Part shown: positions 28,359 to 36,983 of the stretch, piece after piece
Numbering within the stretch: the first letter of the stretch is position 1
How the letters are laid out: the number at the start of each line of letters is the position of its first letter
Assembly: GCA_964406095.1 (NCBI GenBank)
Contig: CAYOQJ010000120.1
Coordinates: 10,403 to 74,402, forward strand
From: an uncultured Lentisphaeraceae bacterium
GTDB taxonomy: Bacteria > Verrucomicrobiota > Kiritimatiellia > RFP12 > UBA1067
Length of the DNA stretch: 64,000 nt
Direction of reading: 5' to 3'
Position numbers and translations under genes: made by a program
The notes under the pieces: generated by a model
Databases searched by the model: none
The model's input: the letters and a program-made list of their open reading frames with translations, nothing else
What the model was told of the DNA's origin: nothing

Positions 28359-29588
28359 ATGCGCAAGGGGTTGATATCAGGATTGCTGATTTCCGTGTTT
28401 GCGCTTCTCGGACTCGGGGTAACTGTGCTCGCTTCCGCGAGCACAGCCCAGTCTGTACGGCTCCATAACGATCCTCATGTTCTGCTCCATAAACAACTGA
28501 TCTGGATCGTGGTGGGTTTGGTCATGATGTTTCTGGCACGAAAGTTCGACTATCACCACTTTAAATTCGTTAATACCAGCTTCCGTGTCGGCAAATATCG
28601 CTTCATTAAATTCCCTGCCCTAACCACCTTTCTGTATCTGTTGACCATCTTCGCTCTGATTCTTGTCTTTGTTCCGCCGTTCGGTAAAAAGGTTAATGGA
28701 AGCTGGCGTTGGCTAAATCTGTACATTTGTAATGTCCAACCCAGTGAGTTTGCAAAAATAGTCATGATTGTCGCTATGTCAGTCTGGCTGGATAGACTCG
28801 GCACCAAGGCTGGAACCTTCAAACGAGGTACCCTTCTTTCATTTGCGATCTTAGCACCGGTGGCCGGTTTGGTGATTATGGAAACCGATATCGGCGCCAC
28901 TATCGTGATCAGTATGCTGACTGTCGTTCTGATGGTCGTGGCCGGTGTGAGTCTGCGTCACCTGCTGCCGCTGGCCACCGCAGGTATAGCCGCACTGGCC
29001 GGGTATATAATCGTTGCAGGCGGCAACCGTCTGCAACGCCTGCTGGCTTGGGCAACCTCCTTCTCATGGGTGCAGTCGCTTTTCAATGTGCAAAACTCTT
29101 CCGGTATTGAACAGGGCGAACACCTTAGAGCTTCACTGCATGCTATTCAAAGCGGCGGGCTGTACGGTGTCGGTTATACCTACTCGCTTGAGAAGTTGCG
29201 CTACCTGCCTGAATCACATACAGATTTTGTCTTCCCCATTGGGGCCGAAGAGTTCGGTCTGAAGTTCTCTCTGGTTGTGGTGCTGCTCTTCGCCGTATTG
29301 CTCGTTTGCGGTATGGCAGTCAGCTTCAGTGCACCCGATAAACTGGGACGCTATCTCGCTTTTGGATTAACATTTATGATCATCTTCCAGGCGATGTTTA
29401 ACCTGTCGGTTGTTACCGGATTGGCTCCGACCAAGGGTATCGCTCTGCCCTTTTTCAGCTATGGCGGGACATCAATTTTGTCGGTGCTGATAGCCATCGG
29501 CATGCTGCTTAATGTCGCCAGCCACATCGAAGCACGGGATCAAGATGTGCATACCCGAAATGAAAGAAACGCACTCCATGAAATTTAA
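28359..29588 (+). CDS. ftsW: SEDS family peptidoglycan glycosyltransferase FtsW/RodA
   Basis: 409 aa, polytopic. Motifs: QPSEFAKI, ESHTDFVF, PTKGIALPFFSYGGTS. Confidence 0.9.
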   Translation: MRKGLISGLLISVFALLGLGVTVLASASTAQSVRLHNDPHVLLHKQLIWIVVGLVMMFLARKFDYHHFKFVNTSFRVGKYRFIKFPALTTFLYLLTIFALILVFVPPFGKKVNGSWRWLNLYICNVQPSEFAKIVMIVAMSVWLDRLGTKAGTFKRGTLLSFAILAPVAGLVIMETDIGATIVISMLTVVLMVVAGVSLRHLLPLATAGIAALAGYIIVAGGNRLQRLLAWATSFSWVQSLFNVQNSSGIEQGEHLRASLHAIQSGGLYGVGYTYSLEKLRYLPESHTDFVFPIGAEEFGLKFSLVVVLLFAVLLVCGMAVSFSAPDKLGRYLAFGLTFMIIFQAMFNLSVVTGLAPTKGIALPFFSYGGTSILSVLIAIGMLLNVASHIEARDQDVHTRNERNALHEI

Positions 29589-29605
29589 AAGGAATTAAAT
29601 GCTTT

Positions 29606-31375
29606 ATGATGAACGAATCCAGCCTTGATGTATTGACATCCCTCTGCAAAAGACGTGGCTTTATCTATCACAGCTCGGAAATCTACGGCGGAATACCCGG
29701 TTTTTGGGACTACGGGCCGCTGGGTTGCGAGATGAAACGGAATATCAAAGAGGATTGGTGGAAAACAACCGTGCGCAACCGCGAGGATGTCGAAGGTCTC
29801 GATGCCACTATCATAATGCATCCCGCTGTCTGGAAGGCATCCGGTCACCTGGATACCTTCTCAGACCCTATGACCATGTGTAAATCATGTAAAAAATTGA
29901 TGCGTGCCGATCAGATCTGGGATATTTTCGATGAGAATGAGGTCGGCGTCACCCTTCAACAGCTACTCGATCAAAGTTGCGGTGACCCAGGTAAAATCGT
30001 GGCATGGTGTAAGGGGAAGGCCAGAGGGCAGAGCCCCAATCTGCCCGCCGTCCAGAATGCCTCCGTTCTGACTGCAGCTTATCAACAACTCTGCAAGAAC
30101 AACCTGACCAATATGGATGCGCGTAAGCTCTATTCACTCTTTGCCAATGCCGGCTCAGATATTACAATCACACCCTGCCCGCATTGCGGTGGTGAATTGA
30201 CTGAACCACGCCCTTTCAATCTGATGTTTAAAACCGTCGTCGGCCCAGTCGATGACGGAAAAAACACCGCCTATCTGCGCCCTGAAACAGCCCAGGCTAT
30301 CTTCGTTCAGTTCCAGAATGTGCTGGCAACCAGCCGACAGAGCGTGCCCTTCGGTATCGCCCAGATCGGCAAATCGTTCCGCAATGAGGTCACCCCGCGC
30401 AACTATACCTTCCGCTCGCGCGAGTTCGAGCAGATGGAACTTGAATACTTTATCCGCCCGGATGAGGCCGTCGAGATTATTTGCGGGAAAGTAACAAAAT
30501 TGGCGGATAATCCCGACCTCTCCACCCCAAATGAATCCTGGGGCTGGGAGGTCTGGCATAAGTATTGGGTCGAACAACGTAAACAGTGGGTTGTTCAGTG
30601 CGGCCTGCCGACCGAATCCTTTGTCGAAAGTGTGCACGCTGCTGAAGAACTGGCGCATTACGCCCGCGCCTGCGTAGATCTGGAATACAGATTCCCCTTC
30701 GGCTTGCAGGAATTGGAGGGTATCGCCGCCCGTTCAGATTTTGACCTCTCTCAACACCAGAAACATAGCGGTAAAAATATGGAGGTCTTCGATGAAAATC
30801 TTAAACTCGCCGCCAGAAAAATGGATGACAAAGCACGCGCGGAATTTGCCGACAAGGTGGTCGAAAAGTGGCACGCACTCGGTAAAGAGGATTCACAGGC
30901 CCGTAATTTTGTCGCCCGACTGTTTGAAGGCCGCTATGTACCACATGTCATCGAACCGTCCGCCGGTGTCGACCGTATGATGCTTGCGCTGCTTTGCAAT
31001 GCCTACGAAGAGCAGAAGTTGGTCGATGAGAAGGGTAAAGAGGATTCACGGGTGGTTATGCACCTTGAACCACGCATTGCCCCGGTTAAGGTCGCTGTTT
31101 TTCCTCTGGTCAAGAATAAACCCGAACTCTATGGCAAGGCACGTGAAATTTTCGAGCACCTGCGTCGACGTTATGCCGCCTTCTGGGATCATAGCGGCGC
31201 CATTGGACGCCGCTACCGCCGTCAGGATGAGATTGGCACCCCCTGGTGTGTGACCATCGATTTCCAAACCCTCGATGATGGAACCATGACCGTGCGCAAT
31301 CGCGACTCAATGGAACAACTTCGTATGACACTCAGTGAATTGAAAAACATGATGGATGAAGCTCTGCTGGTTTGA
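29606..31375 (+). CDS. glyQS: glycine--tRNA ligase (homodimeric GlyQS type)
   Basis: 589 aa with [37 protein letters not shown], and EPSAGVDR. Confidence 0.93.
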   Translation: MMNESSLDVLTSLCKRRGFIYHSSEIYGGIPGFWDYGPLGCEMKRNIKEDWWKTTVRNREDVEGLDATIIMHPAVWKASGHLDTFSDPMTMCKSCKKLMRADQIWDIFDENEVGVTLQQLLDQSCGDPGKIVAWCKGKARGQSPNLPAVQNASVLTAAYQQLCKNNLTNMDARKLYSLFANAGSDITITPCPHCGGELTEPRPFNLMFKTVVGPVDDGKNTAYLRPETAQAIFVQFQNVLATSRQSVPFGIAQIGKSFRNEVTPRNYTFRSREFEQMELEYFIRPDEAVEIICGKVTKLADNPDLSTPNESWGWEVWHKYWVEQRKQWVVQCGLPTESFVESVHAAEELAHYARACVDLEYRFPFGLQELEGIAARSDFDLSQHQKHSGKNMEVFDENLKLAARKMDDKARAEFADKVVEKWHALGKEDSQARNFVARLFEGRYVPHVIEPSAGVDRMMLALLCNAYEEQKLVDEKGKEDSRVVMHLEPRIAPVKVAVFPLVKNKPELYGKAREIFEHLRRRYAAFWDHSGAIGRRYRRQDEIGTPWCVTIDFQTLDDGTMTVRNRDSMEQLRMTLSELKNMMDEALLV

Positions 31376-31383
31376 GGCTCATA

Positions 31384-32055
31384 ATGAATATTGAAGACTA
31401 TGCCGTACCTGATTATGAACGCGTCAATCGGCGCGGTATGCCCGAGGTGATCTTCGGCGCAGGTAAAAGCGCCGAGCAGATCGTCGGTATCATGCGTGCA
31501 CTTAATCAGGCCGGACAGAATGCCATGGCAACCCGAGTCTCTGAAAAACAGAGTGCCGCCATCTTGAAAATTCAGCCCGACGCTGTCTCCCATCCGCTCG
31601 CCCGAATTGTGACTTGCGATGTTAACCCACTACCCGAAAAACACGGTTCTATCGCGGTGATCTGTGCTGGCACCTCCGATATCAGCGTAGCCGAAGAGGC
31701 TGCCGTTACCGCCGAACGACTTGGTATTAATGTCAGCAGAGTCTATGATGTGGGTGTTGCCGGATTGCACCGGTTGCTCGAGCGCCTCAATCGCTTCCGC
31801 TCAGCCGATGTGCTGATTGTCGTTGCAGGTATGGAGGGGGCTTTGCCCTCAGTAGTGGGCGGATTAACCGATAAACCGCTTATCGCCGTTCCCACTAGTA
31901 TCGGCTACGGCGCATCTTTCGGAGGATTGGCTGCTCTCCTGGGTATGCTCAACTCCTGCTCCGCCGGTGTCACCGTCGTGAATATCGATAATGGCTTCGG
32001 TGCCGCTGTAGCTGCATCGTTGATTGAACACCGGATTGTAAGTGTGCAGAAATGA
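31384..32055 (+). CDS. larB: nickel-pincer cofactor biosynthesis protein LarB (PurE-like)
   Basis: [20 protein letters not shown], then a PurE-like fold ([32 protein letters not shown]). The ATG at 31384 has GAGG 5 nt upstream. The track start, TTG at 31372, overlaps the glyQS stop. Confidence 0.75.
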   Translation: MNIEDYAVPDYERVNRRGMPEVIFGAGKSAEQIVGIMRALNQAGQNAMATRVSEKQSAAILKIQPDAVSHPLARIVTCDVNPLPEKHGSIAVICAGTSDISVAEEAAVTAERLGINVSRVYDVGVAGLHRLLERLNRFRSADVLIVVAGMEGALPSVVGGLTDKPLIAVPTSIGYGASFGGLAALLGMLNSCSAGVTVVNIDNGFGAAVAASLIEHRIVSVQK

Positions 32056-32190
32056 CTCATTTTATGCGCCGATGTCAATATGACATATGCGACATAATGT
32101 TACTATATTAACTTTTGTCTTGTTGCTCTATGCCCGTCAATTAGTTGAAAATTAAGATATTACCTCCTTATACGATAAGTTTAGCATAAA

Positions 32191-32206
32191 TGGCATTTGC
32201 TATGCT
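32191..32206 (+). promoter_or_regulatory. candidate sigma-54 (-24/-12) promoter upstream of hsp20
   Basis: TGGCATTTGCTATGCT against the consensus TGGCAC-N5-TTGC. The GG and GC dinucleotides sit at the canonical spacing, 8 of 10 consensus positions match, and the element lies ~50 nt upstream of the hsp20 ATG. No PWM was run. Confidence 0.35.
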
Positions 32207-32256
32207 TTACACTCAAGCGGATGTTTAAAAAGCGTTTAAGGAATGGAGGTGTTAAT

Positions 32257-32766
32257 ATGGCTATCAATAATATATTGACAAAATTACGCGGACGCGATGA
32301 AGTTCCTGTGCGCAGAGCGGACTGGGAACCGTTACGTGGCTTTCAAAGTGAGATAAACAGGCTGTTTGATGACTTCTTCGGCGACTTCGCTTTGGCTCCA
32401 CGTTGGAACATGACAACCCCGCAAACAGCGATATTCACTCCCGGCATTGAGCTCTCCGAGACCGATGACGATGTTGTCTTGACGGCAGAGCTTCCAGGTA
32501 TGGACAAAAATGATGTCAATGTGGAGATGGATGAGGACTTGTTGGTGATCAGCGGTGAAAAGAAAGAGGAACATGAGGAAAACAAACGTAACTGGCACAT
32601 CAGAGAGCAGAGTTTCGGCAGTTTTCGACGTGAAATTCCTCTGCCGGCAGCTGTGCAAGCAGGTAAAGCCGCCGCCTCTTTTAAAAAAGGTGTCCTGAAG
32701 GTGACAATTCCGAAAAAAGAAGAGGCTAAAAAACAACGCAAAATTATCGATATAGCAACAGAATAA
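32257..32766 (+). CDS. Hsp20/alpha-crystallin family small heat shock protein
   Basis: Alpha-crystallin domain: PGIELSETDDDVVLTAELPGMDKNDVNVEMDEDLLVISGEKK...FGSFRREIPLP...ASFKKGVLKVTIPK. I prefer the ATG at 32257 (GGAGGTG upstream) over the track start at 32197. Confidence 0.9.
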   Translation: MAINNILTKLRGRDEVPVRRADWEPLRGFQSEINRLFDDFFGDFALAPRWNMTTPQTAIFTPGIELSETDDDVVLTAELPGMDKNDVNVEMDEDLLVISGEKKEEHEENKRNWHIREQSFGSFRREIPLPAAVQAGKAAASFKKGVLKVTIPKKEEAKKQRKIIDIATE

Positions 32767-32780
32767 ACCGAAAAGAGAAA

Positions 32781-32814
32781 AGAGAGCGGCGGAATACCGC
32801 CGCTCTCTTTTTTT
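32781..32814 (+). terminator. rho-independent terminator after hsp20
   Basis: AGAGAGCGGCGG-AATA-CCGCCGCTCTCT forms a perfect 12-bp stem and is followed by TTTTTT. Confidence 0.85.
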
Positions 32815-32896
32815 AATAAAATTAGAATTAGGGACAGGCACTAAAAAAAAATAGGTTGAGAGCTGAAATTGTGGCAGGTATTTGAATAGCTGTTGA

Positions 32897-32952
32897 GCAA
32901 TTGCAGATATTGCAAATGCAAGAATGCAAGTATATTTGCAATTGCAATTGCA
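32897..32952. repeat. TGCA/TTGCAA palindromic motif array in an AT-rich intergenic region
   Basis: Seven TGCA cores in 51 bp. They include GCAATTGC (32897-32904), ATGCAAG twice (32916-22, 32924-30) and TTGCAATTGCAATTGCA (32936-32952). Confidence 0.6.
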
Positions 32953-33174
32953 TTTTTGTGTTGTAACGAAGTCATTTTTTTAAAGCGTAACAATATAGAA
33001 ATCAACAATATACGTTATATATTATCAAATGGCACGTAATATGATTATAGAGTTGGCATTACTTTCAGGTACGGGTAGAAACCGGTAAAAGAGTTTTAAA
33101 AACTTGTGCGCAGCGATAGGATAAAAGCGGTGCGTGATCGAAGAAAGAACGAGAAGAAAGAAAGGTGGATAAAG

Positions 33175-33498
33175 GTGAGTGATGCAGTCAAACAGATAAG
33201 CGGGGCTGAATTCGAAGGTGTGACAGGCAGTGGTGTAGTGCTAGTTGATTTCTGGGCACCCTGGTGTCGTCCGTGCCTTATGCAGATTCCGATCCTAGAG
33301 CAGGTGGCGGCGCAGGTGGGGGGTCGCGCAACGATCGGCAAGGTCAATGTTGAGGAAGAGCCAATGCTGGCGTCGCGCTACGGGATACAGAGCATTCCGA
33401 ATTTGATAATTTTCAAGGACGGAGTGCCTCAGCGGCAGTATGTCGGAGTGCAGCGTGCCGAGCAGTTGATATCCGGCATTGAGGGTCTTTTAGGTTAA
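33175..33498 (+). CDS. thioredoxin (active site WCRPC)
   Basis: VLVDFWAPWCRPCLMQIPILEQVA..., GIQSIPNLIIFKDG. I prefer the GTG at 33175 (AAAGGTGGA upstream, 107 aa). The track start at 33106 adds a 23-aa KR-rich extension that is not typical of thioredoxins. Confidence 0.85.
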   Translation: MSDAVKQISGAEFEGVTGSGVVLVDFWAPWCRPCLMQIPILEQVAAQVGGRATIGKVNVEEEPMLASRYGIQSIPNLIIFKDGVPQRQYVGVQRAEQLISGIEGLLG

Positions 33499-33557
33499 GA
33501 AAGCAAGGGGTATTCATGTGGTAGCAACTGTACATCACATTTGAGGGGTAAAGCGGT

Positions 33558-34121
33558 ATGAAGAAAATAGTTTTAACAGTTATGTCTCTGACGGAAAAGC
33601 GGAGACATGAAAATCTGTCTGGCGGATTTTTATATTTCTCTGCGTTGGTGCTACCGGTTTTTATAATAAGTCTGGTGTCTGGATGCGGCACATTATCGCT
33701 ACAGTCGGAGCAGACAATTTACGAAAGTCGTTATAGTGATGTAGATCTCACCTGTACTGCATTAAAAGAGGCTATTGAGGGTCACGGATTGGTGTGTCAA
33801 AAAATAAAAAATGTCAATAGTTCGATGAAGAAACACGGGATACAGCATGATCGGCAGGTCAGAATAGTTGAGTTCTGCCAGGCTGAGTATGCACATAAAA
33901 TGCTACAGGAAGATCCTGAGCTATGCACGCTCATGCCCTGTACATTCGGGGTATTTGAAGATCGGAGCGGCAGAGTGCTGATCAGTGTACGCAATCAGAG
34001 AGGTATGAATAATTATTTTAATCGGGGGTTAAAGCGAGCGGTTGGCGAGACTATAACGAAGCATCAGCAGATCATACTCAAAGAGGTGTGCTGTAAGCCT
34101 GTTGGTGCATCCGCAGGGTGA
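33558..34121 (+). CDS. DUF302 domain-containing lipoprotein
   Basis: 187 aa with lipobox LVSGC. The DUF302-like core is VRIVEFCQAEYAHKMLQEDPELCTLMPCTFGVFEDRSGRVLIS. Confidence 0.7.
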   Translation: MKKIVLTVMSLTEKRRHENLSGGFLYFSALVLPVFIISLVSGCGTLSLQSEQTIYESRYSDVDLTCTALKEAIEGHGLVCQKIKNVNSSMKKHGIQHDRQVRIVEFCQAEYAHKMLQEDPELCTLMPCTFGVFEDRSGRVLISVRNQRGMNNYFNRGLKRAVGETITKHQQIILKEVCCKPVGASAG

Positions 34122-34189
34122 ATGTGCAACAGATTATCTTTGGCAGGTTTGCGGGTACTGATGAAACAGATTATAGGAGGAGTTAAAGG

Positions 34190-35620
34190 ATGAGTGGAGC
34201 GCGACACTATATCAATCTTGGTTTTTGTGCCGTTTTGGCACTTTTCATATCTGGATGTGTGCTGATTTCCGCGACAGACCCGTATGGTGATACAAGAGGG
34301 GTGGTTGTTTTGGGAGAAAACACTCTGGCGGGTCAGGGCGGCAGTGCGTTTAAAAGTGGTTTGGATGATGAGTTGCGGTTGGAGCGTGCGATAGAGATAG
34401 CACTTACCAACAATCCCGCTATTGCCTCCCGTAAATATGCATCCGACGCATCGAAAGCACTCTATGAAAAGGCCTGGGGAGCATTGCTACCCAAGGTGGA
34501 TGCACGCGCTAATCTGACTCAATATCGGGAAAACCGGATTCTCAATCCGCGGCGTCCCGGCACGGTGGACACGATTATTTTCGCAGACCGCCAGCTCAGC
34601 GGCGACCTTGTTATGAGCATGCCGCTTTTTGCGGGTGGGCGTTATATCAACCAGGTGCGGGCCGCTAAGCTTCTTCACGCTGCCAGTCTGCGGCAGCTTG
34701 CCCACACGCGAGATGAGCTGGTTTTCAATGTTTCCAGTATCTACTACAGCATTTTGGCGCAGGAGCGGGTTATCAGTTCACTTGAATTTTCTCAGAGTGT
34801 TCTGACCGCGCATCTTAGGAAGGTGCGCGAAATGATTCGTGCCAGCAAAGCCGCCAGGGTTGATGAGTTGCGTACCGAGGTGCGTCTGGCTGATCTGCAG
34901 CAGAAGCAAGTGGCGGAGGACAACATTCTTTCCATTCAGAAACGCGCACTTGTTAATCTGCTTGGGATTGATGGCGGATTTGAAACCGCTCCTGAGATAG
35001 AGGGTGAGTTCGGTTCGCAGTTCACGGCTGAGATCGATGAAAATGAGGCTGTCGTCCAGGCATTGGTCAATCGTGATGATTATCGTGCAGCTCGGCTGGA
35101 ACTCGAAGCCCAGGCTCGGCGGGTTGATATAGCGCGTGCCGGGCATCTGCCGAGCGTAATGTTGGAGGCTACCGCGGGCAGTCGATGGGATGCGCATGAC
35201 ACATCGCGCGACCAGGATGTGGCCAGTGTGGGTGTAGGTGTTTCACTGCCGATATTTGAGGGGGGGATGATATCGGCAGAAATCCGCCGCGAACGCGCCA
35301 ATCTATCGGCAATGCGTGAGAAGTTGCGTGAGAAGGAGTTACGCATCCGGTTGGAGGTAGAGACTTCAGTCCTGAACATCACCTCATCACTTGAGCGTGT
35401 TAAGGCCACCGAAAAGAGCATTGAGCAAGCTACGGAAAGTCTACGGGTAGAGCAGGAGAAATACCGATATTCCAAGGGATCGATCACCGATGTCCTGGAT
35501 GCGCAGTACGATTTACTAAATGTTCAGGTGAGTCACTGTCGCGCATTGGCGGATCATAGTACGGCGATTGTGCAGTACAATCTGGCGGTAGGCGAAGATT
35601 TGATCAATGGAAAAAAATAA
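34190..35620 (+). CDS. TolC family outer membrane efflux protein
   Basis: 476 aa with lipobox LFISGC and two OEP repeats with coiled-coil segments (LERAIEIALTNNPAI...; ...ALADHSTAIVQYNLAVG). Confidence 0.88.
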   Translation: MSGARHYINLGFCAVLALFISGCVLISATDPYGDTRGVVVLGENTLAGQGGSAFKSGLDDELRLERAIEIALTNNPAIASRKYASDASKALYEKAWGALLPKVDARANLTQYRENRILNPRRPGTVDTIIFADRQLSGDLVMSMPLFAGGRYINQVRAAKLLHAASLRQLAHTRDELVFNVSSIYYSILAQERVISSLEFSQSVLTAHLRKVREMIRASKAARVDELRTEVRLADLQQKQVAEDNILSIQKRALVNLLGIDGGFETAPEIEGEFGSQFTAEIDENEAVVQALVNRDDYRAARLELEAQARRVDIARAGHLPSVMLEATAGSRWDAHDTSRDQDVASVGVGVSLPIFEGGMISAEIRRERANLSAMREKLREKELRIRLEVETSVLNITSSLERVKATEKSIEQATESLRVEQEKYRYSKGSITDVLDAQYDLLNVQVSHCRALADHSTAIVQYNLAVGEDLINGKK

Positions 35621-35666
35621 TGTAGTCACTGTGTCATAAGTAAAGGTAATTTTCAGGAGAAATAAT

Positions 35667-36983
35667 ATGAAAGAGAGAAGATCAGTTTTAATGGTAACCG
35701 TGATTGGCTGTATGTCATTGATACTGGCGGGAGGGTGCGCCAAGACAGAGCAGAGCGGCAGAAAATCGAAATCGGCGGCATTGGTAAAAACTGCGTTGGC
35801 GGGCAAGACCAATCTGGTTGAGCTGATTGAAACAACTGGTGATATAGTTGCAGTAAACACTGTGACGCTGGAGGCTACTGTCGAAGGGCCGATATCGTTT
35901 TGTCCCTGGCGTGAGGGTGATATTGTTGAGAGTGCTGGCATGCAGCTGATTGAGATTCATCGTCCGCTTTACAGGCAGGAATTGGCGGCGGCTGAGGCGG
36001 ACAGAGATTTGGCGCAGGCGAAGCTGGATGATCTCAAAGCCGGGGCGAGGCCTGAAGAGATCAGTCAGGCGAGAGAATCGCTGCGACATTTTCAGGATTG
36101 TACTGCGTTTGCTGAGGCTGATCTGAAACGTATTCGTTCGTTGGTTGCCAGTGGTACATTGCCGGCGGAAATGGAGGAGAAGGCGCGAGTAGAATTTGTT
36201 AAGTGCCAGACACAGCTCGGTTCCGCCAGGGAGCAACTCGCCATGTTGGAAGCTGGCCCGACCGTTACCGAGATTGCGGTTGCGCAAGCTGCTGTGGATG
36301 AGGCGGAAAGCAGAGTGGGGATGGCACAGGCCCGGTTGGATGAGTGTTCGCTGGTTGCCCCGTTCCCGGGTATCATCACCGAGGTATATGTTCGTGTGGG
36401 AGATCTTGCAACGCCGCGCGCGAAATTGCTTAAAATGATTGATCCGGCATCGCTTGTTGTCAGAACAGGGTTGCCCGAAAGCAGTTCGGCTCACATCAGA
36501 ACCGGTACTGCTGCCACGGTCACACTGGACGCATTTCCCGATCAAAAATTTAAGGCACGGATTTCCAGGGTATATCCCCGGATCGAGTTTGATTCCCGAA
36601 CGCGCATCGTTGAAGTCGAGTTGATTGACTCGGTTGAGTTGTTGCCGCAGATGTTTGCCAGAATCAAAACACAGGGGCGCGTTTTTGATGATGCGGTTAT
36701 GGTGCCGACTAAAAGCATCACGACGACACCGCGCGGACACACGGTTCTGTTTGTAGCCCAAGACGGCAAGGTTGTTCAGCGTAAGGTTACCACCGGAATT
36801 GAGCAGACCGGAATGATTCAGATTACGGATGGAGTCCAAGCTGGAGAAATTGTGGTCACCGCTGGCAATCTAAATCTGCGTGATGGTACTGTGGTACGGA
36901 TTGACAATGCTGCTGAGAGCGGTGATAAGAGCGCAGCGCGGCAGAGTGCGGGAACTGAAAAATCGGAGGGGAAAGAAACATGA
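35667..36983 (+). CDS. efflux RND transporter periplasmic adaptor subunit (MFP/HlyD family)
   Basis: 438 aa with lipobox LAGGC, an alpha-hairpin with heptads (AAAEADRDLAQAKLDDLKAG...), a lipoyl/beta-barrel motif (LVAPFPGIITEVYVRVGD), and a 4-nt overlap with the RND gene. Confidence 0.9.
   Translation: MKERRSVLMVTVIGCMSLILAGGCAKTEQSGRKSKSAALVKTALAGKTNLVELIETTGDIVAVNTVTLEATVEGPISFCPWREGDIVESAGMQLIEIHRPLYRQELAAAEADRDLAQAKLDDLKAGARPEEISQARESLRHFQDCTAFAEADLKRIRSLVASGTLPAEMEEKARVEFVKCQTQLGSAREQLAMLEAGPTVTEIAVAQAAVDEAESRVGMAQARLDECSLVAPFPGIITEVYVRVGDLATPRAKLLKMIDPASLVVRTGLPESSSAHIRTGTAATVTLDAFPDQKFKARISRVYPRIEFDSRTRIVEVELIDSVELLPQMFARIKTQGRVFDDAVMVPTKSITTTPRGHTVLFVAQDGKVVQRKVTTGIEQTGMIQITDGVQAGEIVVTAGNLNLRDGTVVRIDNAAESGDKSAARQSAGTEKSEGKET

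Noticed and set aside
29606-31375. Unusually long GlyRS (589 aa) as a possible novelty.
   Set aside because: The extra length sits in the known variable insertion between the two Cys pairs (CKSCKK...CPHCGG) and in other loop regions. All class II motifs are intact. I treat it as lineage-specific expansion.
33030-33045. TGGCACGTAATATGAT as a sigma-54 promoter for the thioredoxin/RND operon.
   Set aside because: The -24 half is perfect, but the -12 element reads TGA instead of the near-invariant TGC. A second TGGCAT at 33053 also lacks a properly spaced GC. I do not call it, but a PWM test is still worthwhile.
35715-36839. A 374-aa ORF antisense to the MFP adaptor gene.
   Set aside because: The plus-strand product has a lipobox, clear HlyD/MFP motifs and a 4-nt coupling to the RND gene. 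The antisense product is Arg/Ser/Leu-rich and low in complexity, which is typical of a shadow ORF in GC-rich coding DNA.
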